A stretch of DNA of 64,000 nucleotides from Bacteroidales bacterium (GCA_017550655.1 JAFZOK010000023.1:7047-71046); one strand, 5' to 3'; positions 11,393 through 21,700 are shown, counted from the first letter of the stretch. Notes: generated from the sequence alone by a model not told the origin. Translations and numbers: made by a program.

Positions 11393-14300
11393 ATGAAACG
11401 AATTACATTTGTTTTGGCGTTACTGTTATTGTGTGTTGGGCAAATTGCTTATGCACAGACAATAAAAGTAACAGGAACCGTTACCGACGCGGCCACCGGC
11501 GAAACGCTTATCGGTGCGGGCGTTCAGGTTAAGGGTGCCACCACCGGTGCTGCTACTGATTTGAACGGACAGTATGTCATCAACGTAAGACGGGATGCCG
11601 TACTGGTCTTCACTTATCAGGGCTACACCACCCAGGAGGTGCCTGTTAACGGAAGATCCGTCATCAACGTAGCTCTTTCTCAGGACGCGGAAGAACTTGA
11701 GCAAGTTGTTATCCTTGGTTACGGTACAGCTAGAAAGATCTCCACCGTGGTAGGTTCTGCCCAGACCGTTAAGGCAAAGGCCCTCAAGGACAAGCCGGTT
11801 ATCAACGCCGCCGATGCTCTTCAGGGACAGGTTGCAGGTCTGCAGGTTTACACCTCTTCAGGAGACCCTTCAGCAACTGTATCAATGAGAATTAGAGGTG
11901 TGAACTCCCTCCAGGCTTCCACGACTCCTCTGTTCGTGCTGGATGGAACCCCAGTTCTCAGCGACATCTTCAACACTCTGAACCCTAACGACATTGAGAG
12001 CGTAACCATTCTTAAGGACGCTTCCTCAACCGCAATCTACGGTTCACGTGCTGCCAACGGAGTTGTTTACATTACTACCAAGAAAGGTACCACCGAGAAG
12101 CCAGTAGTAAAGCTTTCCGCTAACTACGGTATCTCCAACCTTGCAAGAAACCCAATCAAGCGTGTGAACTCCGAGGAGTGGTTCAGACTGAACGAAATGG
12201 TTGACCCATCCTTCCTGACCGATCCTGACTTCCAGGCAAACAAGAAGTTCAGACTGGAAAACAAGATCGGGACCAACTGGATGAAGTGGGCTTTGAACCA
12301 GAACATCCCTACTATGGGTGCAGACCTTTCAGTTTCCGGTAGAACCAAGGTTGTTGACTACTACATTTCCATGACTGCAAACAGAATGGAAGGTATTGAG
12401 CCTATGACCGCCCACAACCGTTATGCTGCACGTATCAACATGAACGTCAAGCCTACAGACTGGTTCAAGTTCGGTATCAGCATGGGTCTTGGATATCAGC
12501 AGTCAAGGGAGAACCCTTACAACTCTGACTTCTCTTCCGGTAACCGTAACAACTGGAACAACCCTGTAAACTTTGCTCTGTGGGCACCTACATGGTGGAC
12601 TCCTTACGAGATTCTCACAGACAGCTCAGGAAACTTCATCGGCTACGGAGAAGAGACTCCTTATATGGATGACTTCGGTTCCTGGAACCCTCACTACCGT
12701 TTCAAGTATCTTAAGGTTAAGAACAATACCGTAAGATTCAACGGCAACCTCTATGAGGAAATCACTCCTCTCAAAGGCCTGACAGTTAGATTTGCACAGG
12801 GTCTCGAAGGCTACGACTACAGATATACCCGTAGAGATCTGAAGGATCCTAATGGCTGGATTTACATTTACCACAATGGAAATGACGGAAATCCTTACGG
12901 ATCTTTGGCACAGCAGAGTTTCACAAGATACTATCGTCTTACATCTACCAATACAGCTGAGTACAAGTTCCAGTTAGGTGAAAATCACAACATCACCGCT
13001 CTGATTGGTCAGGAGGCCATCATAAACAACACAACCGGTTTCAGCGCATACGGTAGCAATATTCCAGATATCCGCCTTTGCACTCTTGACAATATAGATC
13101 CGGAAAGGGCTTGGAGTATTGGAGAAAGCTGGTCACAGTCCAAGTACAATTCCATCTTCTCAAGACTTTCTTACGACTTTGCAGGCAAGTACTATATCGA
13201 CGCTTCTTTCCGTCGTGACGGTTCTTCCCTCTTCGGAGCAAACAACAGATATGCAAACTTCTGGTCCGCAGGTGCAATGTGGAACATCAAGGCAGAAAAC
13301 TTCATGAAGGATGTTGACTGGATCAACAAACTGCAGCTCTCTGCCAACTACGGTACTGTAGGTAACTCCGGTATCAGCAACTATCTGTCTCACGCAACAG
13401 TTGCAACCGGAACCAATTATTTGGGAACTACATATTATATCAACAACTCCGGTAACGAGAACCTGACTTGGGAGACTCTGGAGAGCTTGAACATAGCTCT
13501 CGACTTCAGACTCTTCAACAGACTCGAGGCAAAGGTTGAGGTTTACAGAAAGAACACTAAGGACATGCTCCTTGAAATTCCGTGGTCTTACTCAACCGGT
13601 TTCTCCGGCGGTTACGGTAACATCGGTAACATGAAGAACGAGGGTATCGAGGCAACTCTTACCTACGACTGGATCCGCAACGAGAACATGTTCCTGCAGA
13701 CCAGCCTTAACCTTTCCTACAACAAGGACAAGATCACCAAGCTGTTCGACGGACGTGACTCATTCGAGCTTCCTGACTACGGTCTGAACTACTGCGTAGG
13801 CCACTCCGCAGGTGAACTCTGGTACGTAAAGAGTGCCGGTATCGACCCTGCAAACGGTCGCCCTCTGTGGTACGACAAGGACGGCAACATCACTGATGTT
13901 TACTCAGACGATAACTGCGTTCTCCTTGGCAAGTCCAGATACGCTCCTTGGTCAGCCGGTCTGCAGATCGACTTCACCTACAAGAATTTCGCTCTCCAGG
14001 CTCAGTTCTCAGGTATCTTCGGAAAATATCTGATCAACAACGACCGCTACTTCTACACCAACTCCAACTTTGCAGACAACCGTCTTGCAAGCGAGCTCCT
14101 TACAGAAATGTGGCAGACTCCAGGCCAGAAGGCAAAATATCCGAATCCGGCATATGTTGTTAACGGCGAATGCTTCGACTCACGTCTGGTTGAGAACGCT
14201 TCATTCGTAAGACTTAAGGGTGTTACCCTTTCTTACTCTTTGGGCAAGAATGCCATCAACAAGCTCGGTGGTGTACTTACAGGCGTAAGATTCTTTGTAA

Positions 14301-14425
14301 CAGGTCGTAACCTCCTTACCTGGACCAAGTACTCCGGTTGGGATCCTGAGCAGAACATCAATCTTCAGCTCGCTGTTTATCCTAACACTAAGCAGTATGC
14401 AGCAGGTGTCGAGTTAACTTTCTAA
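11393..14425 (+). CDS. SusC/RagA-family TonB-dependent outer-membrane transporter
   Basis: 1010 aa with a signal peptide, a carboxypeptidase-regulatory-like N-domain (IKVTGTVTDAATGETLIGAGVQVKG), a plug region, and a barrel ending in AAGVELTF. A SusD-like gene follows directly. There is no N-terminal STN/anti-sigma signalling extension. Confidence 0.92.
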   Translation: MKRITFVLALLLLCVGQIAYAQTIKVTGTVTDAATGETLIGAGVQVKGATTGAATDLNGQYVINVRRDAVLVFTYQGYTTQEVPVNGRSVINVALSQDAEELEQVVILGYGTARKISTVVGSAQTVKAKALKDKPVINAADALQGQVAGLQVYTSSGDPSATVSMRIRGVNSLQASTTPLFVLDGTPVLSDIFNTLNPNDIESVTILKDASSTAIYGSRAANGVVYITTKKGTTEKPVVKLSANYGISNLARNPIKRVNSEEWFRLNEMVDPSFLTDPDFQANKKFRLENKIGTNWMKWALNQNIPTMGADLSVSGRTKVVDYYISMTANRMEGIEPMTAHNRYAARINMNVKPTDWFKFGISMGLGYQQSRENPYNSDFSSGNRNNWNNPVNFALWAPTWWTPYEILTDSSGNFIGYGEETPYMDDFGSWNPHYRFKYLKVKNNTVRFNGNLYEEITPLKGLTVRFAQGLEGYDYRYTRRDLKDPNGWIYIYHNGNDGNPYGSLAQQSFTRYYRLTSTNTAEYKFQLGENHNITALIGQEAIINNTTGFSAYGSNIPDIRLCTLDNIDPERAWSIGESWSQSKYNSIFSRLSYDFAGKYYIDASFRRDGSSLFGANNRYANFWSAGAMWNIKAENFMKDVDWINKLQLSANYGTVGNSGISNYLSHATVATGTNYLGTTYYINNSGNENLTWETLESLNIALDFRLFNRLEAKVEVYRKNTKDMLLEIPWSYSTGFSGGYGNIGNMKNEGIEATLTYDWIRNENMFLQTSLNLSYNKDKITKLFDGRDSFELPDYGLNYCVGHSAGELWYVKSAGIDPANGRPLWYDKDGNITDVYSDDNCVLLGKSRYAPWSAGLQIDFTYKNFALQAQFSGIFGKYLINNDRYFYTNSNFADNRLASELLTEMWQTPGQKAKYPNPAYVVNGECFDSRLVENASFVRLKGVTLSYSLGKNAINKLGGVLTGVRFFVTGRNLLTWTKYSGWDPEQNINLQLAVYPNTKQYAAGVELTF

Positions 14426-14438
14426 AATCGCAGAGAAT

Positions 14439-15956
14439 ATGAAAAAGATTATATTATCACTTGCAGTTTTGGCTCTCTTTTTAACAAGTTGCAACTTGGA
14501 TGAGCAGCCTCAGGGAGTTATTCCAAAAGATAACTCCATTGCTACAGTAGAAGATGCTGAGGGATGGATGAACTACGAATACATCTATATGAGGGCTTAT
14601 ACAGCCGGTTCTTTCATTTACACTCCTGAAATTGCATCAGACTTCTACAATCCTAGCATTGACTATGGTAACCGCGAGGGTTCCGAGTACAGATGGGATT
14701 GGAATTCAGGCGACCCGTTTGTTGATATCTGGGGAGGAGCATACAGTGGCATTAATCACGCATGCTATGTTATCGAGTCCATCGATAATCTGGACAAGAG
14801 TGGATTTGATTCAGACGAGCTTAATCGCCTCAACAAGGTTCTTGGTGTAGCGCACTTCACAAAGGCATATTTTGGACTCAAGCTTCTTGAGTACTATGCC
14901 CCTGTTTACAATGCTGCAAATAAAGACAAGTACGGAATCATGCTGGTTGACCTTCACCGTCCTACCGGTGACATCACCACCTATCCTGGAAGAAGCACAG
15001 TTGCTGAATCTTACAACTGGGTACTCAATGAGGCAAACCAAGCTCAGAACTATCTTTCCTCTATCGCTGGCGAAGTTGGCTCAGAAGAACTTACCATTGA
15101 CGTCGTTCGCGCCTTTAAGGCAAGACTCGCACTGTATATGGGCAATTTTGATGAGGCTATATCCCTTTCAACCGCTTTGGTTGACGGTGGAAAGTATCCT
15201 CTTTGCGAAAATCAGGCAGAAATGACCGCTCTCTGGAAGAACGACTCCGGTAAGGAATGCATTCTTCAGCTTTGGGCTGACGCTGGTGCAAACTCTGTTC
15301 CTAGCTCTAACGACCCAGGTTACCTTGGATATACTCCTAGCAATGGTCAATACAGGCCAGACTGGATTGTAAACAAGTGGGTTGCAAGTACTATGTATGA
15401 TGTAGATGACCTCAGATACACTACCTGGTTTAAGACCGGCCTCAAAGTTACAGTATCCATTGGAACTGCCTCCGGAATGACTCTTATGGACAAGTTCCCT
15501 GGAAACTCTGCACTTGGTTCTGAGACAGCTCATGTACAAAGAATTAAACCTTTCCGTATCGCTGAGCAGTATCTTATCGCTGCAGAGGCATTTGCCATGA
15601 AAGGCGGTGCAGACGCAGTTGCTTGCCAGTATCTGGATAAACTTCTTTCCAAGAGAGTTCCTTCCCACACCTCCCTCTCCCTTACAGGAGACGCTCTTAA
15701 GGTTTTCATCAAGGAAGAAAGGGCTAAGGAGTTCATTGGAGAAGGTTTCAGATGGTTCGACCTCAAGAGATGGGGAGAAGGAATGGCCGCAAGACCAGAC
15801 CCTCAGCTCAAGGCTCTGATTCACACCGGTGGTTCCAACGGTCCTGCACTTAATCTTGCAGTTTCTGCTTCTGACCATCGCTGGGTAGCTCCTATTCCAG
15901 TTGACGAGCTTGCAGCCAACCCTCAGATCAGAGATCAGCAGAATCCTGGTTATTAA
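14439..15956 (+). CDS. SusD/RagB-family nutrient-binding outer-membrane lipoprotein
   Basis: 505 aa with a lipobox (FLTSCNLDE), 13 nt after the SusC-like gene. Its length and helical composition are typical of SusD homologues. Confidence 0.88.
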   Translation: MKKIILSLAVLALFLTSCNLDEQPQGVIPKDNSIATVEDAEGWMNYEYIYMRAYTAGSFIYTPEIASDFYNPSIDYGNREGSEYRWDWNSGDPFVDIWGGAYSGINHACYVIESIDNLDKSGFDSDELNRLNKVLGVAHFTKAYFGLKLLEYYAPVYNAANKDKYGIMLVDLHRPTGDITTYPGRSTVAESYNWVLNEANQAQNYLSSIAGEVGSEELTIDVVRAFKARLALYMGNFDEAISLSTALVDGGKYPLCENQAEMTALWKNDSGKECILQLWADAGANSVPSSNDPGYLGYTPSNGQYRPDWIVNKWVASTMYDVDDLRYTTWFKTGLKVTVSIGTASGMTLMDKFPGNSALGSETAHVQRIKPFRIAEQYLIAAEAFAMKGGADAVACQYLDKLLSKRVPSHTSLSLTGDALKVFIKEERAKEFIGEGFRWFDLKRWGEGMAARPDPQLKALIHTGGSNGPALNLAVSASDHRWVAPIPVDELAANPQIRDQQNPGY

Positions 15957-15983
15957 TAGTTAAACTTATTAAACAAGAAGATT

Positions 15984-16874
15984 ATGAAATCATTGAAATA
16001 CGTTTTAGGTTTAGTGCTTTCTGTATTGCTCGTAACTTCCTGTGCATCAAAGTGGCCTTACTATACGGTTACAAACGATGATGTTACCTGGGAATTAGAG
16101 GGTAATACTTACAGCTTAAATGCAGAAGAGACTCCTATCGTTATTACGATTCAGAGAGGTGTTGCTACCGAGGCAGCTTCTGTACCATTGACTTTGGAAG
16201 ACACCCACGGCATTTACACTCTCACCCCTTCTAAGGTTGATTTTGCAGCTGGCGAGTATGTCAAGACAGTAACTCTTACTTATCAGTATGCTGGACTGAC
16301 TCCAGGTACGGAGTACACCTTCAACCTGAAATTCCCGGATTCCCAGGCTGGTGCAGGTTGCTATAACGAATTTGCCGGAAACGGTATGATGCAGCTTGAA
16401 TACGAGGACTACAAGGATGTTGAGTACGAGGTATTCTGGTTTGTAAATGCCTCTGCTACCGCTTTCACCTACAGAATAGGATCTATTGATGAAGCTTGCG
16501 ATGTAACTGAAGTTAAGCTCATGAGAGCCAAGAGCACCAAGAACTATTACAAGTTCTGCGTTTGGGGAACTGGCGGCAATTTCACCGAGCTTGAGTTCAA
16601 GAACAATGGAGACGAGTCTATAACTGTTTCCAAGTATGCCGGCTACAACGAGAATATAACGCTTAACACTTCAACCAACAGGGCTGTTTATACCGCTACC
16701 GTTGCCGGACACACTTACTCGTTCACCACAAGAATTGCCAATTGCGGTGTTTACGGTTCCGGTAATGTAGAGATTCAGACTAACGACGAGATAGAAATGG
16801 AAGGCTGGGTTCAGAAAGACGGAGCTTACTATCCAAACAGCTACAATACCTATCGTGACTACTTAGTTGACTAA
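15984..16874 (+). CDS. Sus-locus surface lipoprotein of unknown function
   Basis: 296 aa with a lipobox (LLVTSCAS), 27 nt after the SusD-like gene. No catalytic motif is recognisable, and the terminator hairpin lies downstream. Confidence 0.65.
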   Translation: MKSLKYVLGLVLSVLLVTSCASKWPYYTVTNDDVTWELEGNTYSLNAEETPIVITIQRGVATEAASVPLTLEDTHGIYTLTPSKVDFAAGEYVKTVTLTYQYAGLTPGTEYTFNLKFPDSQAGAGCYNEFAGNGMMQLEYEDYKDVEYEVFWFVNASATAFTYRIGSIDEACDVTEVKLMRAKSTKNYYKFCVWGTGGNFTELEFKNNGDESITVSKYAGYNENITLNTSTNRAVYTATVAGHTYSFTTRIANCGVYGSGNVEIQTNDEIEMEGWVQKDGAYYPNSYNTYRDYLVD

Positions 16875-16898
16875 CAGTTGACTTGGCAGATAATTCCT

Positions 16899-16931
16899 GA
16901 AAGGGTCCGGGCAACCGGGCCCTTTCTTTTT
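16899..16931 (+). terminator. Rho-independent terminator
   Basis: 12-bp stem GAAAGGGTCCGG / CCGGGCCCTTTC (one G-U pair) with a GCAA loop, followed by TTTTT. Confidence 0.75.
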
Positions 16932-17023
16932 GCTCTTCTTCAAATAAGGTTTTGAAATAGGAACAATAATTGCTACATTTGTTTTATTGCAATAGAATGA
17001 AATGTACTAAAACCGATATTAAT

Positions 17024-19144
17024 ATGAGAACAATCGTGAGAATTCACAGGCTTTGTGCTATGCTGGTTGCATCGGGTATAATCTCCTTGGCAGCAACTTC
17101 TTGCGGCGGAGGAGGCGGAAAAGGCGACAAGCCAACACCTACCCCTACAACAGAGACTTTAAGCGTAAGCCCAAGCACCCTTACTCTTGCAGGAGGGGCT
17201 TCCGGAACCATAAACATTACATCAAATGTTGCCTGGACGGTTAGCGCTTCTACAGGTTATACCGTATCTCCGGCCAGCGGAAGCAACAACGGAACCGTAA
17301 AGGTTACTGCAAGTGCTTCGGCAGCAGGCGGAACCGTTACGGTTAAAGGAAAGAGCAAGACAGTTTCCGTTACAGTAAGCGCTCCAAGTGCCGCTACCAT
17401 AACATTGAGTCCGGAAAGCATTTCAATACCGGCGCCGGTAGGAAACGGCACTTTTACAATAAACTGCAGCGGTGCGTGGACAATTACCCTTCCAAGTCCT
17501 AAACCGGCCTGGCTTTCAAGCGTTACTCCAGCAAGCGGAACCGGAAACGCAACCGTTTCTGTCAACACCGCCAAATACACGGAAAAGGTAAAAGCTCAGA
17601 CATTCCTTACCATAAAGAGCGGAACCAATACCAAGTACCTGACCATTACAAAGGAGGCTGCAACCAACACTCCTCCTACCAAGCCAACAGGACTTAAGCC
17701 AACAGGTAGCGGAGTTGAAACCATAACAACATTCTCCTGGACCGCTTCTACAGACCCTGATGGAGACAAAATCAAGTACACGGTAATGCTCTCCAAAGAC
17801 GGTGGCGCCAACTGGACTTCTTTAGAAGCTACGGAGAAGACCTCCATAATGAACAAGACAGAACTGGAGAAAAGCACTACATATCAATACAAAGTAGTCG
17901 CCGATGACGGATATGAGGGTGGAAAGACTGAAAGTGATGTTGTTACCTTCACCACCACCTCTACAAAAACATATTGGGCAGACGGAGAATACAAACTCTA
18001 TGAGGTTGGCCCTGACGGTACGCCAACCGAGGTATCTTCAACCTCCAGGCCTTTCAAGCTCATCTACACAGGAGACGGCTATACCCAAGACCTCTTCAAC
18101 TACGGCGGACAGTTTGATCAGGAAGTTCAAAAAGGAATAAAAGCTCTGTTCCAGATTGAGCCATACAAACATTACTATAGCTACTTTGCAATCTATGTTA
18201 TTGCAGCATATTCCAACGAGGCCGGCATGAGTATAGGAAGCACAGGTTCAACCCCAGGTTCTACCAGTTGGGATGAGGCTGCAGTAAAGGTTGATACCAA
18301 GTTCAAATGTACCTGGGCCGGAGGTAACTCTACCGGTATAGGTTGCAATTCAACCACCGTTCTTGAGTATGCAGGTAAGATTCCGGGAATGACTTCTATG
18401 GCTGCGATTACATCTTCGCCTATAAGTATCATTATCAACGCAGACCAATACGCCGGAACCAATAGCTGGAGTTTTAACTCATCTTGGGGTGGCTGGAAAG
18501 TTCTCTCAATTGCCATGACACCTGCAAGACACCCTGCCAGTTCATCTTACGGTGGATTCGAATACACTTTAAGACACGAATTTGGCGGCCATGGAATAGG
18601 TCTTTTGGGAGACGAGTATGTATATTACAATACAACGGCTTACCCACAATCAAACGAGGGGACTTTCCGTATATGGCAGGATCAGGCGGGATGTTACAGC
18701 AACACATATCTTCCTAACTGGGATACTGCAAATAATGCGTGGTATTCAGATTATGATCACTGCAACATTGGCCTTACTCCAACTGTAGAAGGCGCCAACT
18801 GGAAGACTTTTGCAGACCAATCCAAGTATAGCGGCTGCAATATCAATCTTCACAAAGGAGCTTTAATGTATGGCGTGGGTATTTACCGTTCAGAGAACAA
18901 CAGTTGCATGATCAACAATGTTACTCACTACAACACGATTAGCCGCTGGAAGATTTACTGCAGAATCAAGATTACGGCAGGAGAAACCCCTACTGTAGAA
19001 GACTTTATGTCTATCGACACAGACGTAATCAATCCTTACGCTTCCGCAGCACCTTCTACAAAGGGTGCAACGCCTGACAAGAGAAGATGTGAGGGACCGC
19101 TGCTTATGGACCCTTATCACAAGAAACCTTACTTCCTGAAGTAA
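17024..19144 (+). CDS. Lipoprotein with two BACON-like domains, one FN3 domain and a C-terminal peptidase M64-like domain
   Basis: Start placed at ATG 17024, which gives MRTIVRIHRLCAMLVASGIISLAATSC (lipobox). Two repeats of about 80 aa show the BACON pattern (...NVAWTVSAS...GTVKVTASA; ...GAWTITLPS...ATVSVNTAKY). An FN3-like segment follows (FSWTASTDPDGDKIKYTV...YQYKVVADDG). The M64-like core contains (LIYTGDGYTQD...FAIYVIAAYSNEAGMS...HEFGGHGIGLLGDEY). Confidence 0.75.
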   Translation: MRTIVRIHRLCAMLVASGIISLAATSCGGGGGKGDKPTPTPTTETLSVSPSTLTLAGGASGTINITSNVAWTVSASTGYTVSPASGSNNGTVKVTASASAAGGTVTVKGKSKTVSVTVSAPSAATITLSPESISIPAPVGNGTFTINCSGAWTITLPSPKPAWLSSVTPASGTGNATVSVNTAKYTEKVKAQTFLTIKSGTNTKYLTITKEAATNTPPTKPTGLKPTGSGVETITTFSWTASTDPDGDKIKYTVMLSKDGGANWTSLEATEKTSIMNKTELEKSTTYQYKVVADDGYEGGKTESDVVTFTTTSTKTYWADGEYKLYEVGPDGTPTEVSSTSRPFKLIYTGDGYTQDLFNYGGQFDQEVQKGIKALFQIEPYKHYYSYFAIYVIAAYSNEAGMSIGSTGSTPGSTSWDEAAVKVDTKFKCTWAGGNSTGIGCNSTTVLEYAGKIPGMTSMAAITSSPISIIINADQYAGTNSWSFNSSWGGWKVLSIAMTPARHPASSSYGGFEYTLRHEFGGHGIGLLGDEYVYYNTTAYPQSNEGTFRIWQDQAGCYSNTYLPNWDTANNAWYSDYDHCNIGLTPTVEGANWKTFADQSKYSGCNINLHKGALMYGVGIYRSENNSCMINNVTHYNTISRWKIYCRIKITAGETPTVEDFMSIDTDVINPYASAAPSTKGATPDKRRCEGPLLMDPYHKKPYFLK

Positions 19145-19162
19145 CACCTTGTTATACAGTTC

Positions 19163-19200
19163 AAAGGAGAGGCTCGGCGATGAACCTCTCCTTTTTATTT
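19163..19200 (+). terminator. Rho-independent terminator of the Sus-like locus
   Basis: AAAGGAGAGG (19163-19172), a 12-nt loop, CCTCTCCTTT (19185-19194), then a T-rich tail. Confidence 0.75.
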
Positions 19201-19215
19201 TCAGAGCTCTGAAAA

Positions 19216-19252
19216 AGATAAAAAAGGGAATGCGTTTGAACATTCCCTTTTT
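19216..19252 (-). terminator. Rho-independent terminator of gdhA
   Basis: GGGAATG / CATTCCC stem flanked by A- and T-runs (it can act in both directions), 23 nt beyond the gdhA stop. Confidence 0.75.
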
Positions 19253-19274
19253 CGTATTATTTAATCGTTCCCGA

Positions 19275-20618
19275 TTAAATAATTCCCTGCTCCAGCATTG
19301 CAGTAGCAACCTTCATGAAGCCGGCGATGTTGGCACCCTTTACATAGTCTACATGACCGTCTGGCTGAGTACCATACTTAACGCACTGCTCGTGGATGCT
19401 CTTCATGATGAAGTGCAGCTTGTCGTCAACTTCTTTTGCATCCCAGCTGATATGCTCGGCGTTCTGAGTCATTTCAAGACCTGAAGTTGCTACACCACCG
19501 GCGTTAACAGCCTTACCAGGGGCAAAGAGAATGCCGTTGTTCTGGAAATAGTGGATAGCGCCAGGCTGGCAACCCATGTTGGAAACCTCGCAGCAGCACC
19601 AGCAACCGTTTGCCTGCAGCTCTTTTGCATCGTCCTCAGAAAGCTCGTTCTGGAATGCGCAAGGCAGAGCGATGTCGCAAGGAATGCTCCAAGCCTTCTT
19701 GCCTGCAGTGAATTTAGCTTTCTCTGGGAACTTGGTAGCCATATCCTCTACCTTGTTGCGGTTAGAAGCACGCATATCAAGCATGTAGGCGATCATCTCG
19801 TCTGTAATGCCATCAGGAATCTCGCAGACTCCATCAGGACCGGAGATGGCAACAACCTTTGCGCCAAGTTCCTTAGCCTTAGTTGCGGCACCCCATGCAA
19901 CGTTACCGAAGCCGGAGAGAGCAACCTTCTTGCCTACGATATCCTTTCCAGCCTTCTCCAGAAGGTGCTGGGTGAAATACAGGGCACCGAAACCGGTAGC
20001 CTCAGGACGAAGGATAGAACCTCCCCAAGTTGCGCCCTTTCCGGTAAGAACTCCGGTATTGTACTCTCTTGCGAGCTTCTTGTACATACCATAGAGGAAA
20101 CCGATCTCGCGGCCGCCAACTCCAACGTCTCCTGCAGGAATATCCTGGTCAGGACCGATGCACTGCCAAAGTTCAGTCATGAAGGCCTGGCAGAAACGCA
20201 TGATTTCGTCGTTTGACTTTCCAACAGGATCGAAGTCAGAACCACCCTTTGCTCCACCCATAGGGAGAGTAGTCAGAGCGTTTTTGAAAGTCTGCTCGAA
20301 ACCGAGGAATTTCAGCATTGAAGGAACCACTGCCTTGTGGAAACGGAGACCTCCCTTGTAAGGGCCGATAGCGCTGTTGAACTGGATACGATAACCGATG
20401 TTGGTCTGAACCTCACCCTTATCGTCTACCCAAGTTACTCTGAATGTGAAGATACGGTCTGGTTCAACCATTCTCTCGACAATCTTTGCCTTTTCAAATT
20501 CAGGATGCTGGTTATAAACCTCCTCGATGCTCTCGAGAACTTCCTGAACGGCCTGAAGGTACTCATTCTCACCAGGATGCTTTGCAGCCAGGTTAGCCAT
20601 TATTTCAGCTGTTTTCAT
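19275..20618 (-). CDS. gdhA: Glutamate dehydrogenase (hexameric 50-kDa type, probably NADP-linked)
   Basis: 447 aa with the active-site block LPMGGAKGGSDFDP and the dinucleotide fold GFGNVAWGAA. Confidence 0.95.
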   Translation of the reverse strand: MKTAEIMANLAAKHPGENEYLQAVQEVLESIEEVYNQHPEFEKAKIVERMVEPDRIFTFRVTWVDDKGEVQTNIGYRIQFNSAIGPYKGGLRFHKAVVPSMLKFLGFEQTFKNALTTLPMGGAKGGSDFDPVGKSNDEIMRFCQAFMTELWQCIGPDQDIPAGDVGVGGREIGFLYGMYKKLAREYNTGVLTGKGATWGGSILRPEATGFGALYFTQHLLEKAGKDIVGKKVALSGFGNVAWGAATKAKELGAKVVAISGPDGVCEIPDGITDEMIAYMLDMRASNRNKVEDMATKFPEKAKFTAGKKAWSIPCDIALPCAFQNELSEDDAKELQANGCWCCCEVSNMGCQPGAIHYFQNNGILFAPGKAVNAGGVATSGLEMTQNAEHISWDAKEVDDKLHFIMKSIHEQCVKYGTQPDGHVDYVKGANIAGFMKVATAMLEQGII

Positions 20619-20667
20619 AAAATTATGATTTTAAAAATTTGGTTTTGTTATAGTGTGTTTGTTTAGT

Positions 20668-21684
20668 TTATTCTACTGTCCAGGTAGCGCCGCTGTGAAG
20701 CAGCTCGTCCATAGAGTGGATCTTTGCCTTGGCCTTGACTTCATCCATCTGCTCATAGATGCTGTCGTCATAGGTTTTGTCAGCCACATCGCGGATGACA
20801 CCAAGTGCCACAGGGAAGTCAGGACCCTTCATATCCACCAGCATAGAGTGGATGCCGAAGTTATCCTCCTTAGAGTTGTGGACCAGAAGGTCTTTCTCCG
20901 TGATGCCGTCCTCTCCGATCTTTACAACCTTGAGTTTCAGGCCGTCCAGGATAATACCCTTGTCGCGGTCCTTGCCGAAGATCATAGGTTCCCCGTCGCG
21001 GAGAATGATGGTGCGGTCTGCCCTTACGGCGCGGTCTGAAATATCCGCGTGCGTACCGTTGTTGTAGATCATGCAGTTAACCAGCATCTCCATAACAGAT
21101 GTGCCGTCGTGCATTGCAGCCCTTACCATAATCTCCTGGTTGAGTGCAAGCTCGCTGTCCAGGCTTCTGGCGAAGAATGTTCCCCTTGCGCCCAGAACAA
21201 GTTCTCCAGGAGTGAACGGATACTCAACCGTTCCGTAAGGAGAAGTCTTGGTAACCATTCCGAACTTGGAAGTCGGGGAATACTGGCCCTTTGTAAGTCC
21301 ATATATCCTGTTGTTGAACAGAATGATGTTTACGTCTATGTTACGGCGGATCTCGTGGATGAAATGGTTTCCTCCGATAGCCAGGGCGTCTCCGTCTCCG
21401 GTCATCTGCCAAACGGAAAGCTTAGGGTTTCCAACCTTCATTCCGGTAGCCAGTGCTCCTGCCCTTCCGTGGATTCCGTGGAAGCCGTAAGTGTTCATGT
21501 AGTAAGGGAAGCGGCTGGAGCAGCCGATACCTGAAACAAAGACAAACTGCTCTCTGGTATATCCCCTCCTCTCGCATATCTCAGGCATTGCCCTGAGAAC
21601 GGCGGCGAGTATTGCGTGGTCTCCGCATCCCGGGCACCACTTTACTATCTGGTCGCTTTTGAAATCTTGCTGTGTGTATTTCAT
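20668..21684 (-). CDS. korB: 2-oxoglutarate/2-oxoacid:ferredoxin oxidoreductase, beta (TPP-binding) subunit
   Basis: 338 aa with WCPGCGDHAIL and TGDGDALAIGGNHF (TPP motif), 16 nt after the alpha subunit gene. Confidence 0.9.
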   Translation of the reverse strand: MKYTQQDFKSDQIVKWCPGCGDHAILAAVLRAMPEICERRGYTREQFVFVSGIGCSSRFPYYMNTYGFHGIHGRAGALATGMKVGNPKLSVWQMTGDGDALAIGGNHFIHEIRRNIDVNIILFNNRIYGLTKGQYSPTSKFGMVTKTSPYGTVEYPFTPGELVLGARGTFFARSLDSELALNQEIMVRAAMHDGTSVMEMLVNCMIYNNGTHADISDRAVRADRTIILRDGEPMIFGKDRDKGIILDGLKLKVVKIGEDGITEKDLLVHNSKEDNFGIHSMLVDMKGPDFPVALGVIRDVADKTYDDSIYEQMDEVKAKAKIHSMDELLHSGATWTVE

Positions 21685-21700
21685 AACTTTTCCTCCGCGA

